Assembly: GCA_965202625.1 (NCBI GenBank)
Contig: CBDBBI010000010.1
Coordinates: forward strand, 2,624,001 to 2,688,000
Source: a bacterium
Lineage (GTDB): Bacteria; UBA8248
DNA: 64,000 nt
Direction of reading: 5' to 3'
The position numbers and the translations under genes are program-made. Each line of letters opens with the position of its first letter. The first letter of the stretch is position 1. Below the pieces are notes generated by a model, which had not been told where the DNA came from, made no database searches, and saw nothing but the letters and a program-made list of their open reading frames with translations. Shown here piece by piece: positions 9,056 to 18,008 of the stretch.

Positions 9056-11302
9056 ATGTCTCGGATGACTTATGTTGGCGCGTCGCCGACCAAAGCTGAC
9101 GCCCTGGCGAAAGCGGTTGGTGACACCATCTATGGCGATGATTTCCATATGCCGGGGGAGATATACGGCAAAGTTGTTCGCGCCCCAATGGCTCCGGCAA
9201 GAATCAAAAAGATAGACGCGAGCAAGGCGCTTGCACTGCCGGGTGTGCATTGTGTTTTAAGCGCGCAGGACATTCCTGGCAAAAATGCCGGCCGTTATCC
9301 TGATTTTCCTGTACTCGTAGATAATGTTGTCACCGGTATCGGCGATGCTGTTGCCCTCGTGGCTGCGGACACCAGGGATTTGGCGGATGAGGCGGCCACG
9401 CTCGTAAATGTCGTTTATGAAAGGATTTCGGGCGTTTATGACTTCACTAGTCTTGCGCAAGGCGAGGTGATCTGCGACTGGAAAACGGAGAAGGGGAATG
9501 TGGCTGCTGGGTTCGAAAAAGCGGACATGGTGGTAGAGAATATCTATTTTTCCGCTTGTCTTGATCACGCGTTCATTGAACCTGAAGGTGGCGTCGCCTG
9601 GATCGATGAGCGTGGCGTGGTGAACATTCGAGTCCCCACCCAAATGATAGAGAATTATCAAAACGTGGCGAGAATTTTAGGTTTGCCATTGAGCCGCGTT
9701 CGATATGATTGTCCGATGTTGGGCGGGGCCTTTGGCGGGAAAGAACATCCGCTTTTGGGTGCCTTTATGGCGTTGTTGGCGATGGAAACGGGACGTCCGG
9801 TGCACATGGCCTATTCCCGAGAGGAAACCATGAACACCGGTAGTAAAAAACACCCTTTCCTTATGAAATACAAGACCGGTGCCACGAAAGATGGAAAACT
9901 CACAGCACTTGAGGTGGATATCATCGGCGATGCGGGGGGGTATGCGGCCAACAGCAAGGGTCTGCTTTTAGGGGCGCTTGTGTTGAGCGGCGGACCCTAT
10001 GAGATCCCCAACGCAAGAGGCCGTTCGCGTGCGGTCAAGACGAACAACCCCTTTACCGAGGCGATGCGCGGCGTGGGGGCGAACCAAGTATGTTTCGCCT
10101 ATGAGGCCCAAATGGATGAGCTGGCGTGTCAATTAGGGATGGACCCCTTGGAGTTTCGCGAGAGGAATTTTATCAAAAAAGGCGCGACGCTCATGCAAAA
10201 ACAACCCGTGCCCTCACGAGTGATGTTGCCCGAGTTGGCTGAGAAAATCAAAAAGCTCGTCGGTCGCTCGGTAGGACGCACGCCCGAGAAAGATCATGGC
10301 CCATGGCGCGTGGGTGTCGGGATTATCGCAAATATCGGGGGATATGGGAGACCCAGGAACGAGGGGGAAGTCTATGTGTCCATTGATGCCGACGGCAGCG
10401 TCAACGTGCGCACGGGTGCTTCTGACGTGGGAGCTGGCCAAACCCAGACGAATCGCCAAATCGCGGCCGAAGCCCTAGGCGTTTCTTTAGAAAACGTGAC
10501 GGTGACCATGTCGGATTCTCACGTTACTCCCCTTGTGGGCGTGACGGCTGGTAGTCGGCAGACGATGATCTCGGGCGGTTCTTGTTATCGGGCATCAACG
10601 CAGTTGCGGGAGAGGGTGCTTAGGGGCGCAGCGGAGCTGCTCGAAGCCGCGCCCGAGGATTTGGAGATGAAAGATGGAAGGATTTCTGTGAAAGCCGCCC
10701 AGGAGCGTGCTGTCGGTTTCACCGAGGCTATCGCCCAGTGCGGGAGGATGGGAATCGACCTTCACACAGTGGGAAAAATGAAAATCGGCGTTCATGAGTA
10801 TGAGGGGAATGAACGATATGGCGATGCCGGTGGCTGGATGGATTATGTTTTTGGCGTTCACGCCGCCGAAGTGGAAGTGAACGTCGATACGGGGGAGCTT
10901 CGCGTGCTGAACTACTGGTCGGGGCATGACGTTGGCCAGGCCATTAACCTGCAGCATGTGGAGGGGCAGTTTGAGGGCGGCGCGATGATGGGAGTCGGCC
11001 ATGCCTTGACTGAGGAGGTTCTTACGCAAAAAGGTACGCTTCTCAACAATGAATTTCATGGCTATCTCATTCCCACCTCGGTAGATGCGCCTGAGTGGGA
11101 CAACGTCATACTGGAGTCAGGCGAGGGGCTTGGACCTTATGGGGCGAAAGGGATTGGAGAGCCCCCCTGCACCGCGGGCGCCGCGGCTGTAGCCTGTGCG
11201 GTTGGCCAGGCGATTGGCGCGCGCATTACGCGCATCCCCATCACGCCAGATCACGTGATGGAGACGTTGGGCCGTCTGAACAAAAATGGAAGCCAAAACT
11301 AA
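9056..11302 (+). CDS. Xanthine dehydrogenase-family molybdopterin-binding subunit
   Basis: GGAFGGK, AMRGVG, GSRQT, GQFEGGAMMGVGHAL, GAKGIGEP motifs. Confidence 0.93.
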   Translation: MSRMTYVGASPTKADALAKAVGDTIYGDDFHMPGEIYGKVVRAPMAPARIKKIDASKALALPGVHCVLSAQDIPGKNAGRYPDFPVLVDNVVTGIGDAVALVAADTRDLADEAATLVNVVYERISGVYDFTSLAQGEVICDWKTEKGNVAAGFEKADMVVENIYFSACLDHAFIEPEGGVAWIDERGVVNIRVPTQMIENYQNVARILGLPLSRVRYDCPMLGGAFGGKEHPLLGAFMALLAMETGRPVHMAYSREETMNTGSKKHPFLMKYKTGATKDGKLTALEVDIIGDAGGYAANSKGLLLGALVLSGGPYEIPNARGRSRAVKTNNPFTEAMRGVGANQVCFAYEAQMDELACQLGMDPLEFRERNFIKKGATLMQKQPVPSRVMLPELAEKIKKLVGRSVGRTPEKDHGPWRVGVGIIANIGGYGRPRNEGEVYVSIDADGSVNVRTGASDVGAGQTQTNRQIAAEALGVSLENVTVTMSDSHVTPLVGVTAGSRQTMISGGSCYRASTQLRERVLRGAAELLEAAPEDLEMKDGRISVKAAQERAVGFTEAIAQCGRMGIDLHTVGKMKIGVHEYEGNERYGDAGGWMDYVFGVHAAEVEVNVDTGELRVLNYWSGHDVGQAINLQHVEGQFEGGAMMGVGHALTEEVLTQKGTLLNNEFHGYLIPTSVDAPEWDNVILESGEGLGPYGAKGIGEPPCTAGAAAVACAVGQAIGARITRIPITPDHVMETLGRLNKNGSQN

Positions 11303-11701
11303 GCGAGCGTCCCCTATAATACTAAAGGTTCTTGTTGAATGAAGTGCCCCGCACTCGTTATGGGGCTTGTCTACGTCATAAAGCGCGGCGGTGCCCCTAT
11401 CGTATTTTTTTCTCTAGGGTGTATTTGAATCTCGCCCACTCTGGCTAGATAAAGATCTATGCTCTCGCCTTTAGACTGGCCGCTCGTCCTTGTTGACATT
11501 ACGTTTGCCTTAGGGGCTGGAGTTCTCATTTGCAAATCGGTTCTAAAACCATGGCTTCATATTTTATGGCGGAGCGCATTTTGCCCTAGGTGTGGGTGTT
11601 CGTTGGTACTTGGATGCAGATGAGCGGGTTGGGAATCCTGTTGATTTCTCTGTTTGCATGGCATGGGGAATTGATTTGTTTGTCTGAGAAGACTTGGGTG
11701 T

Positions 11702-11736
11702 AAAAACCCCGGGAAGAACGGAAATTCCCGGGGTTT
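11702..11736 (-). terminator. Terminator after the OsmC-like gene (possibly bidirectional)
   Basis: aaaccccgggaa / ttcccggggttt inverted repeat with a T run on the minus strand. Confidence 0.75.
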
Positions 11737-11750
11737 CGATGACGAACTTC

Positions 11751-12227
11751 TTATTCGTCGACTTCTTCGAACTCCGCCGTGTGTTCTACGATGATTCCGC
11801 GCTGCACGCTTTGGCTGGCTGGGCAGCCTTTGTCGTGAACGGCGAGTGCGCGTTCGGCGTATTCTCGCTTTCCTTTCGGAATTTTGCACCTGTAGTGGAC
11901 CTTGATCTTGGTGACCAAGGCCGTCCCGTCTATGTTCTCAATGACGCCCTCGACTTCCGCCACGAGGTTATCTGGACTGCTCTTGATTCCGCGCGCCTCC
12001 AGCGCGCCGCCCATGTTACCAGTCAGTCAGCCTGCGACGGCGGCGGCCAGGTGATCCAGAGTGGCCGGCCGTTCTTCCACGGGTTCCGCCTTGTAGAAAT
12101 TTTTGATCCCCCCGTGGATGCCATAGGGAATCGGCTGATCCGGAAATGCGTCCAAATACGCCGTTTTCATTCCCTTACCTGGTTCTTTGACGATCCGGGC
12201 TTTGGTGACGTGAATGATTTCGCCCAT
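11751..12227 (-). CDS. OsmC-family (seleno)protein, 158 aa with in-frame UGA read as Sec
   Basis: ORFs 12027..12227 and 11751..12014 share a frame: AAAVAG-UGA-LTGNMGGALEARGI; second Cys in HDKGCPAS; SD AAGGAG. Confidence 0.8.
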
Positions 12228-12340
12228 CGATGTTCTCCTTCAGAGGATAAGGCATGAAGAATCTCTATAAAATGACGCCTGCGCGCCAAGGATAGCATGC
12301 TGATGAATTCGAGAAAACCGGCATTTCACGCCCGGAGTTT

Positions 12341-13255
12341 TTACGCGATAACGAATATTGTGCCTGTTACGGTGAGCAGCGATCCAAAAATGAGTCGAGG
12401 CGTAATGTTTTCCGCCTCGCGCATGAAGAACCAACCGATGAGGATGACGATAAGCGGCTGGGCGGAAACGATGGCCGTAACACGTACGGCCATGGTGTGT
12501 ATGAATGCGAAATTATAAAGCGGCACCGCGATGGTCTGGCAGGCGCCTGCGGCAAAAAGCCATGGCCATGATGAGGAGGGAATCGCCCCCTGTGATTCTT
12601 CGCCTTTGTTAAATAGGACGAGGAGAGAAGCCGTAGCAGCTCCCACCCAAAGAGCGATGGAAGCGGTGGCGAGCGGGTGAAGATTCAAGGACGCTTTTTT
12701 GAAGAACACGGCCGCTACGCCCCACAGAATAGACGTGATGCCGGCTGAAAGCCAACCGAACAGCTCCCATTTGGCTCCGTGGGCTTTCGACGCAGTGGGC
12801 GGTGGCGGTTCAGCTTGAACGATCAACGTTATTCCGCCAAGTAAAATCAAAAGACCGAAGATAATGGAAAGCGTTGGTGCCTCCCCTAGGAAAAAGGAGG
12901 CCGTAATTGCTGTGACGACAGGATATGTCATGGCGATAGGTATGGAGCGGTTTGGGCCTATTCGGTGAATGGAGCGGTAGAAAAAAGAGCGTGATATGCC
13001 AATGTGGAAGAAGCCCGCCAGGAAGCTAAAAAGCAGAGCGGTCGTGTTGGTGTTCGATAGGTCATCGATTGATATAAGATAGATGGCGATGAGCGTTACG
13101 AGTGCGGCGTTGATGGTTGTGACGGCCGCGGTGACTTTGAGGATGGGGGCGTTCGTCAGCCCTTTCTTGATGAAATACGTGAATACCGCCCAGGATATAG
13201 AAGCGATTGAAGCCAACAACACGCCATAGGTATTGGATTCGATGTTCATTTCCAT
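12341..13255 (-). CDS. DMT/EamA-family transporter
   Basis: About 10 hydrophobic segments in two repeats; start taken at ATG 13255 (MEMNIES). Confidence 0.88.
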   Translation of the reverse strand: MEMNIESNTYGVLLASIASISWAVFTYFIKKGLTNAPILKVTAAVTTINAALVTLIAIYLISIDDLSNTNTTALLFSFLAGFFHIGISRSFFYRSIHRIGPNRSIPIAMTYPVVTAITASFFLGEAPTLSIIFGLLILLGGITLIVQAEPPPPTASKAHGAKWELFGWLSAGITSILWGVAAVFFKKASLNLHPLATASIALWVGAATASLLVLFNKGEESQGAIPSSSWPWLFAAGACQTIAVPLYNFAFIHTMAVRVTAIVSAQPLIVILIGWFFMREAENITPRLIFGSLLTVTGTIFVIA

Positions 13256-13314
13256 GGAAATACGCGGGGAGGTGCGGCACGGAGGGAGGTTGTGGGGGGT
13301 ATAGGCAATGAAAG

Positions 13315-13938
13315 TTATTTGTCGGGGTTGACGCAAAGTACCGCGCGCCAATAATCAAAGACGTTGACGCGCTCTTGGCGTTTGAGAATAAGGTTGTTCG
13401 CTTCGAGGAGGGGTTCGAGATCCAAGGTGGTCTCCCATCCAAATTTCTTGCAAACGTCGTTGATGAGCTCCTCGAACTTAGACAACAAAAGATGATTGCT
13501 TTTGAAATGGTTGATAAATACGATGCGTCCCCCTGGCTTGCATACGCGAGAAATTTCCGAAACGACTTTGTGTGGATCGGGAGCTGCACTCACCACATAG
13601 CAGGCTGTGACGCAGTCGAAGCTGTTGTCCTCATAGCCCATATTTTGCGCGTCCATCACACGGAGTTCGACATTGCCAAGCCCCATTCTGTCCACTTTTT
13701 GTTTTGCCTTTTCGAGCATTTTAGAGGAGATGTCGATGGCGACAATCTCAGAGGTGGGCGGATAAAGCGGCAAGGAAAGTCCGGTGCCCACGCCTACTTC
13801 AAGTAGTTTTTCACTCGGTTTCAGGTCGAGCAAATCGACGCCAACGTTTCTGCCTTCGTGAAATACGTGTTTAAAGACGAAATCGTAGAATTTCCCCCAG
13901 CGATCGTATATCTTTATTACGGTGTCCGACGATTGCAC
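13315..13938 (-). CDS. Class I SAM methyltransferase, PmtA-like phospholipid N-methyltransferase
   Basis: YDRWGKFYDFVF, LLEVGVGTGLSLPLYP, RVCKPGGRIVFINHF. Confidence 0.85.
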   Translation of the reverse strand: MQSSDTVIKIYDRWGKFYDFVFKHVFHEGRNVGVDLLDLKPSEKLLEVGVGTGLSLPLYPPTSEIVAIDISSKMLEKAKQKVDRMGLGNVELRVMDAQNMGYEDNSFDCVTACYVVSAAPDPHKVVSEISRVCKPGGRIVFINHFKSNHLLLSKFEELINDVCKKFGWETTLDLEPLLEANNLILKRQERVNVFDYWRAVLCVNPDK

Positions 13939-14142
13939 TTTAGGGCTCCTCGGCTAGACTTCTCATCCTCGTGGCTACTCGGTGAATCTAGTGGGCGAGC
14001 GTCGTTCCGTTGACTAATATACGGGGACGCTCCCTAGTTTGGGTAATTTTTATTCAATTCTAACTTCTCCTTTTCACTTTTCATTATATGACATATTTTA
14101 AGGTAAAGGGAAATCTTTTACCAATCATGGGAGAATAGCATA

Positions 14143-14727
14143 ATGCCTTCGAATACCATAGGCTTTGAAGAAGACGGCTTGGCCCTCGTGCGATTGAATC
14201 GTCCCAAGGCGCTAAACGCTCTCAACAGTGAATGAAATGGCCCAAGAGCTGTGCGAAGCGTGCGAACGATGTAATGCGTCTGACGTCCGCGCGATGGTTT
14301 TAACGGGAGAGGGACGCGCTTTCTCCGCAGGTGGAGACCCCAAGGAGATCGAAGCGCGCGTGGATATGGGTGAAAAAATGGAGGAATTTCTTTGGCCTGG
14401 CTATCAAGAAGTTCGATGCCCGACGGTGGCGGCGGTCAATGATCTTGCCGTAGGCGCAGGCGGCGCTGTCCATCGGCCTTGTTCGCTCCCTTCACCCCGA
14501 TGAGTCGCTCATGGAGGCGGAGATGGCACTGGGGCGGAAACTTGTCGATGGGCCATCCATTGCTCTGCGTGCGGCAAGAAGCTCGTTCATCAATCAAGCG
14601 GCCTGGATGTGGCCGCCGCGCTTCGTTCGGAGGCGGAAGCGCTAGCTTGGATTTTCAGGAGGGAATTTCCGCTTTTTTGGAGAAACGCAAACCTTCGATT
14701 CCAGGGCAAATGATCGGTTGCCTTTGA
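14143..14727 (+). pseudogene. Enoyl-CoA hydratase/isomerase pseudogene
   Basis: Fragments LNRPKALNALN, VLTGEGRAFSAGGD, PTVAAVNDLAVGAG and DFQEGISAFLEKRKP lie in different frames; total too short, implying deletions. Confidence 0.85.
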
Positions 14728-14764
14728 TTGGTGACTCGGTCCCTATAAGGGACGCTTTTTGAGT

Positions 14765-15742
14765 ATGGAAGCCTATCTTGCAAGTTTGCCTGTTTGGGCA
14801 AATCTCGTTTTATTTTCTGTGAGTATTTTCATCATCACGAAAGGCGCCGATTGGTTTACCGGCGGAGCGGTTGGCGTCGCGCAAATAACAGGGATTCCCA
14901 AAGTGGTAGTTGGCGCCACCTTGGTGAGTTTAGGGACGACGGCTCCCGAATTCAGCGTTTCCGCCATTGCGGCCTATTGGGGTCACCCGGCCACGTCCGT
15001 CGGAAACGCGCTGGGGTCCACCATTTGCAACATTGGGCTCATTTTAGCGGTCGCGTCCTTGATTGCGCCTGTTTCTCTATCCAGAGGAGACATTTTACCG
15101 AAGGGCGCCTTTATGCTGACGCTAGGCGTATTGATGATTCTCTTGGCCTGGGACGCGCAACTCGGCAGGGCGGAAGGATTGGTTTTGCTCGTATTGGTGT
15201 TTTTCTACCTGGGGTTTATCTATTTATGGGGCAAGAAGAGAGCGAAATGGTCGAATTTGGAGAACGCCGAGAATACGCCCATGACTCCCCAGGCGTATCG
15301 CGTCGGGCTGCGATTCATAACTGGCGCGATTTCAGTCGTCTTTGGGAGCATTTTACTCGTGCAAAATGCGGCGCATTTTGCACGAGCGATGGGCATTCCT
15401 GAACTCGTCATAGGTCTCACTCTCGTAGCGCTTGGCACTTCGTTGCCTGAGTTGGTCACAGCGATTGCCGCCTCCTGGCGTGGACACGGGGACATCGCAG
15501 TCGGCAATGTGATGGGGGCGAATGTTTTGAATCTCGCGTGGGTTCTTGGTGGAGCGTCCATGATTACTCCGCTGCATTTTCAGCGGCAATCCTTTGTTTT
15601 GGATTTCCCTTTCATGCTCATGATGATGGCTCTGTTTTTGTTTCTCGCTTTATGGCAATGTGGCGTCGGACGCAGGGAGGGATTTGCGCTTCTTTCTGTG
15701 TATGTATGCTATCTGGGGCTGATGTTCGCGTATTTTGTCTGA
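14765..15742 (+). CDS. Calcium/sodium antiporter (YrbG family)
   Basis: Two alpha repeats: GTTAPE..GNALGSTICN and GTSLPE..GNVMGANVLN. Confidence 0.95.
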   Translation: MEAYLASLPVWANLVLFSVSIFIITKGADWFTGGAVGVAQITGIPKVVVGATLVSLGTTAPEFSVSAIAAYWGHPATSVGNALGSTICNIGLILAVASLIAPVSLSRGDILPKGAFMLTLGVLMILLAWDAQLGRAEGLVLLVLVFFYLGFIYLWGKKRAKWSNLENAENTPMTPQAYRVGLRFITGAISVVFGSILLVQNAAHFARAMGIPELVIGLTLVALGTSLPELVTAIAASWRGHGDIAVGNVMGANVLNLAWVLGGASMITPLHFQRQSFVLDFPFMLMMMALFLFLALWQCGVGRREGFALLSVYVCYLGLMFAYFV

Positions 15743-15988
15743 ACAGGTCCGTGTCTGGGAGGGATTTTGTTCTGAATGATACGTCTTCCCAGGATCGGGC
15801 CGCAGCCAAGCCGGGCGGGCAACGTGGCCATCCGAAAGGTTTTCTTTAGGAGACGTTCTTCTCAGGTTCGAGGACGCGTCATGGCGTTTTGAGAGGGAGG
15901 ATTAATTTTTTTCGCCCTTTTGCGTCCATATGTTGAGCGGTTCGCTTTGGTTTTAGCTCGTTTCTCGCTCTTGCGGCCAGTGAGGGAA

Positions 15989-16849
15989 ATGGAGATGAAC
16001 ATGAAAGAAATATCCACGCTCATCATAGCGGTTTTGCTGTTTGGCGGCACCCCTGCTGAAGGGGCGGAGGGGGGAAACGATGAATCAGTGAGCAATATGA
16101 ACCAGATTGTCATCGAGGTGAATGACAAGAAAATCACTTTAGGAGAAATAGAGCAGAGACTGAAATTGATGGCTCCGGCCGTTCGAATTCGTATTCGGGA
16201 AAATAGGGAGCAGTTTCTGGAGGGCTTGGTGCAGGCGGAGCTCTTATATCAAGAGGCGATTCGGCAAAGGGTTGACGAATTGCCTCAGATTCAAAAAAGG
16301 GTCGAACGTTTGAAGCGCAGACTCATCATCGAGCAGTTCTTGAGGCGAGACGTGGAAGTGGTAGGCATACCTGAGCAGCAATACCGGGATTTTTTTCTCG
16401 TCAACAAAGAGCGATTTCGCCGCGAGGAATCGGTGACCCTCGGCCACGTCGTGCTGAAAACTGAAAAAGAGGCATGGGATGCGGTCGCGCAACTCAGGCG
16501 AGGAATTCCCTTTTCGCAGGTGGCGAGGCGGCGCTCCATCTTCGAGTCCACGCGCGATTCGGGCGGAATGATGGGGACGGCCGAGCGGGGGGAGCTGGAG
16601 AAGGTGTTGGAGGATTTGGCGTTCAGCCTTCCGATCGGGCAGCCCAGCGATCCGATAAAGACATCGGTCGGCTGGCAGATCATAAGGGTTATGGAGCGCG
16701 TCGGAGCGCAGGATGCGAAATATGAGGACGTCAAGGACGACGTAAAGCTCCTTTACTCGGAGCTGAAGCGTCGGGAGAGGTATGAGGCGCTGCTGAGGGA
16801 TTTGCGAGAGAAATCCAGAATCCAGGTGCACGCGGATCGCTTCAGGTAA
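15989..16849 (+). CDS. PpiC/parvulin-type peptidyl-prolyl isomerase
   Basis: Signal-like N-terminus, HVVLKTEKEA, FSQVARRRS, SDPIKTSVGWQII. Confidence 0.88.
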   Translation: MEMNMKEISTLIIAVLLFGGTPAEGAEGGNDESVSNMNQIVIEVNDKKITLGEIEQRLKLMAPAVRIRIRENREQFLEGLVQAELLYQEAIRQRVDELPQIQKRVERLKRRLIIEQFLRRDVEVVGIPEQQYRDFFLVNKERFRREESVTLGHVVLKTEKEAWDAVAQLRRGIPFSQVARRRSIFESTRDSGGMMGTAERGELEKVLEDLAFSLPIGQPSDPIKTSVGWQIIRVMERVGAQDAKYEDVKDDVKLLYSELKRRERYEALLRDLREKSRIQVHADRFR

Positions 16850-16889
16850 GCGGACGATCCATCGGCCGCCGCGACCCCCTCGTCCACGT

Positions 16890-17006
16890 TTTTCCACAAG
16901 TTCTGCCCGCGTATCCCCGATCCGCGCACGGTCTATCCACAACAAATTGTATTTTTCGTATACGTATAAAAAGCGTTGACATGACGCTATATGTTGTGGT
17001 GATAAT
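16890..17006 (+). promoter_or_regulatory. Promoter region upstream of dcd with NrdR-box-like and DnaA-box-like sites
   Basis: TTTTCCACA 16890, CTATCCACA 16933, CCACAACAAATTGTA 16937-16951, TTGACA 16976, ACGCTATATGTTGTG 16984-16998. Confidence 0.6.
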
Positions 17007-17308
17007 ACTTTTGTTCCAGTTGAATTTCAAAGTGCGGTATTCAGACGTATGCGTTCTAGCGAGGAGAAAGCCTCTCCCGTTTCGGGCGGATGGGAGTGGC
17101 GTCTGGGGGTGAGAGGAGTCGGCCTTCTCTTACCCCCAGATATTTTCACTTGATTTTCGGAAAATTTACTGAAAAACGCCGTGAATTTAGTGAAATTGAC
17201 GGTATGAAAGCGGGGCGATGGGTGGCTAGGAGGCGCCTGAGTCGATGAGACCCGGATAGCGTCAGGGGGCGGGCCGCACAGCGCGCTCGGGAAAGTGGAA
17301 TTCGCAAG

Positions 17309-17863
17309 ATGTCGATCAAACCGGATAAGTGGATATCCAGAATGGCGCGCGAGCATGGCATGATAGCGCCCTTTGAGGACAGGCAGGTGCGGGAGGGTGC
17401 CATCTCCTACGGCGTCTCCTCCTATGGCTATGACATTCGCATCGCCGATGAGTTCATGATCTTCACGAACGTGAATTCCACCATCGTGGACCCGAAGAAT
17501 TTCGATGAGCGTTCGCTCGTCTGTGTGAAGGCCGAAACCTGCGTCATTCCGCCCAACTCTTTCGCCCTCGCCAAGACGGTGGAGTATTTTAGGATTCCCC
17601 GAAGCGTGCTCACCGTCTGCGTCGGCAAGAGCACCTACGCGCGCTGCGGGATCATCGTCAACGTCACGCCCTTTGAACCCGAGTGGGAGGGTTTCGTCAC
17701 TCTCGAGATTTCCAACACCACGCCCCTGCCCGCCAAGATATATGCGAACGAGGGCATCGCTCAGGTGCTGTTCTTCGAGAGCGACGAGGAGTGCGAGACC
17801 TCCTACGCCGACAAGAAGGGCAAATACCAAAAACAGCGGGGCCTCACGCTCGCGAAGCTCTAG
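17309..17863 (+). CDS. dcd: dCTP deaminase
   Basis: [37 protein letters not shown]. Confidence 0.97.
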   Translation: MSIKPDKWISRMAREHGMIAPFEDRQVREGAISYGVSSYGYDIRIADEFMIFTNVNSTIVDPKNFDERSLVCVKAETCVIPPNSFALAKTVEYFRIPRSVLTVCVGKSTYARCGIIVNVTPFEPEWEGFVTLEISNTTPLPAKIYANEGIAQVLFFESDEECETSYADKKGKYQKQRGLTLAKL

Positions 17864-18008
17864 CGGGCACGCACCGCCGTTTCCCTTTCGCCCGCCCGTC
17901 GTTTTCTTTGATGGGCGCAGGTGCGCCGGAGAGAGACGCGGCGACCTGCCGCAGATCTCGAGAGCCGTCGCCTCCGGTAGGGTTGCCGTAACTATGGCCG
18001 CGCAGCTC

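Noticed and set aside
11303-11700. Possible gene remnant in the 400-nt gap after the Mo-subunit gene
   Set aside because: Only short interrupted hydrophobic frames with no recognisable family motif
16880-17200. Possible oriC
   Set aside because: Only two or three DnaA-like boxes, and no dnaA, dnaN or gidA nearby; better explained as a regulated promoter
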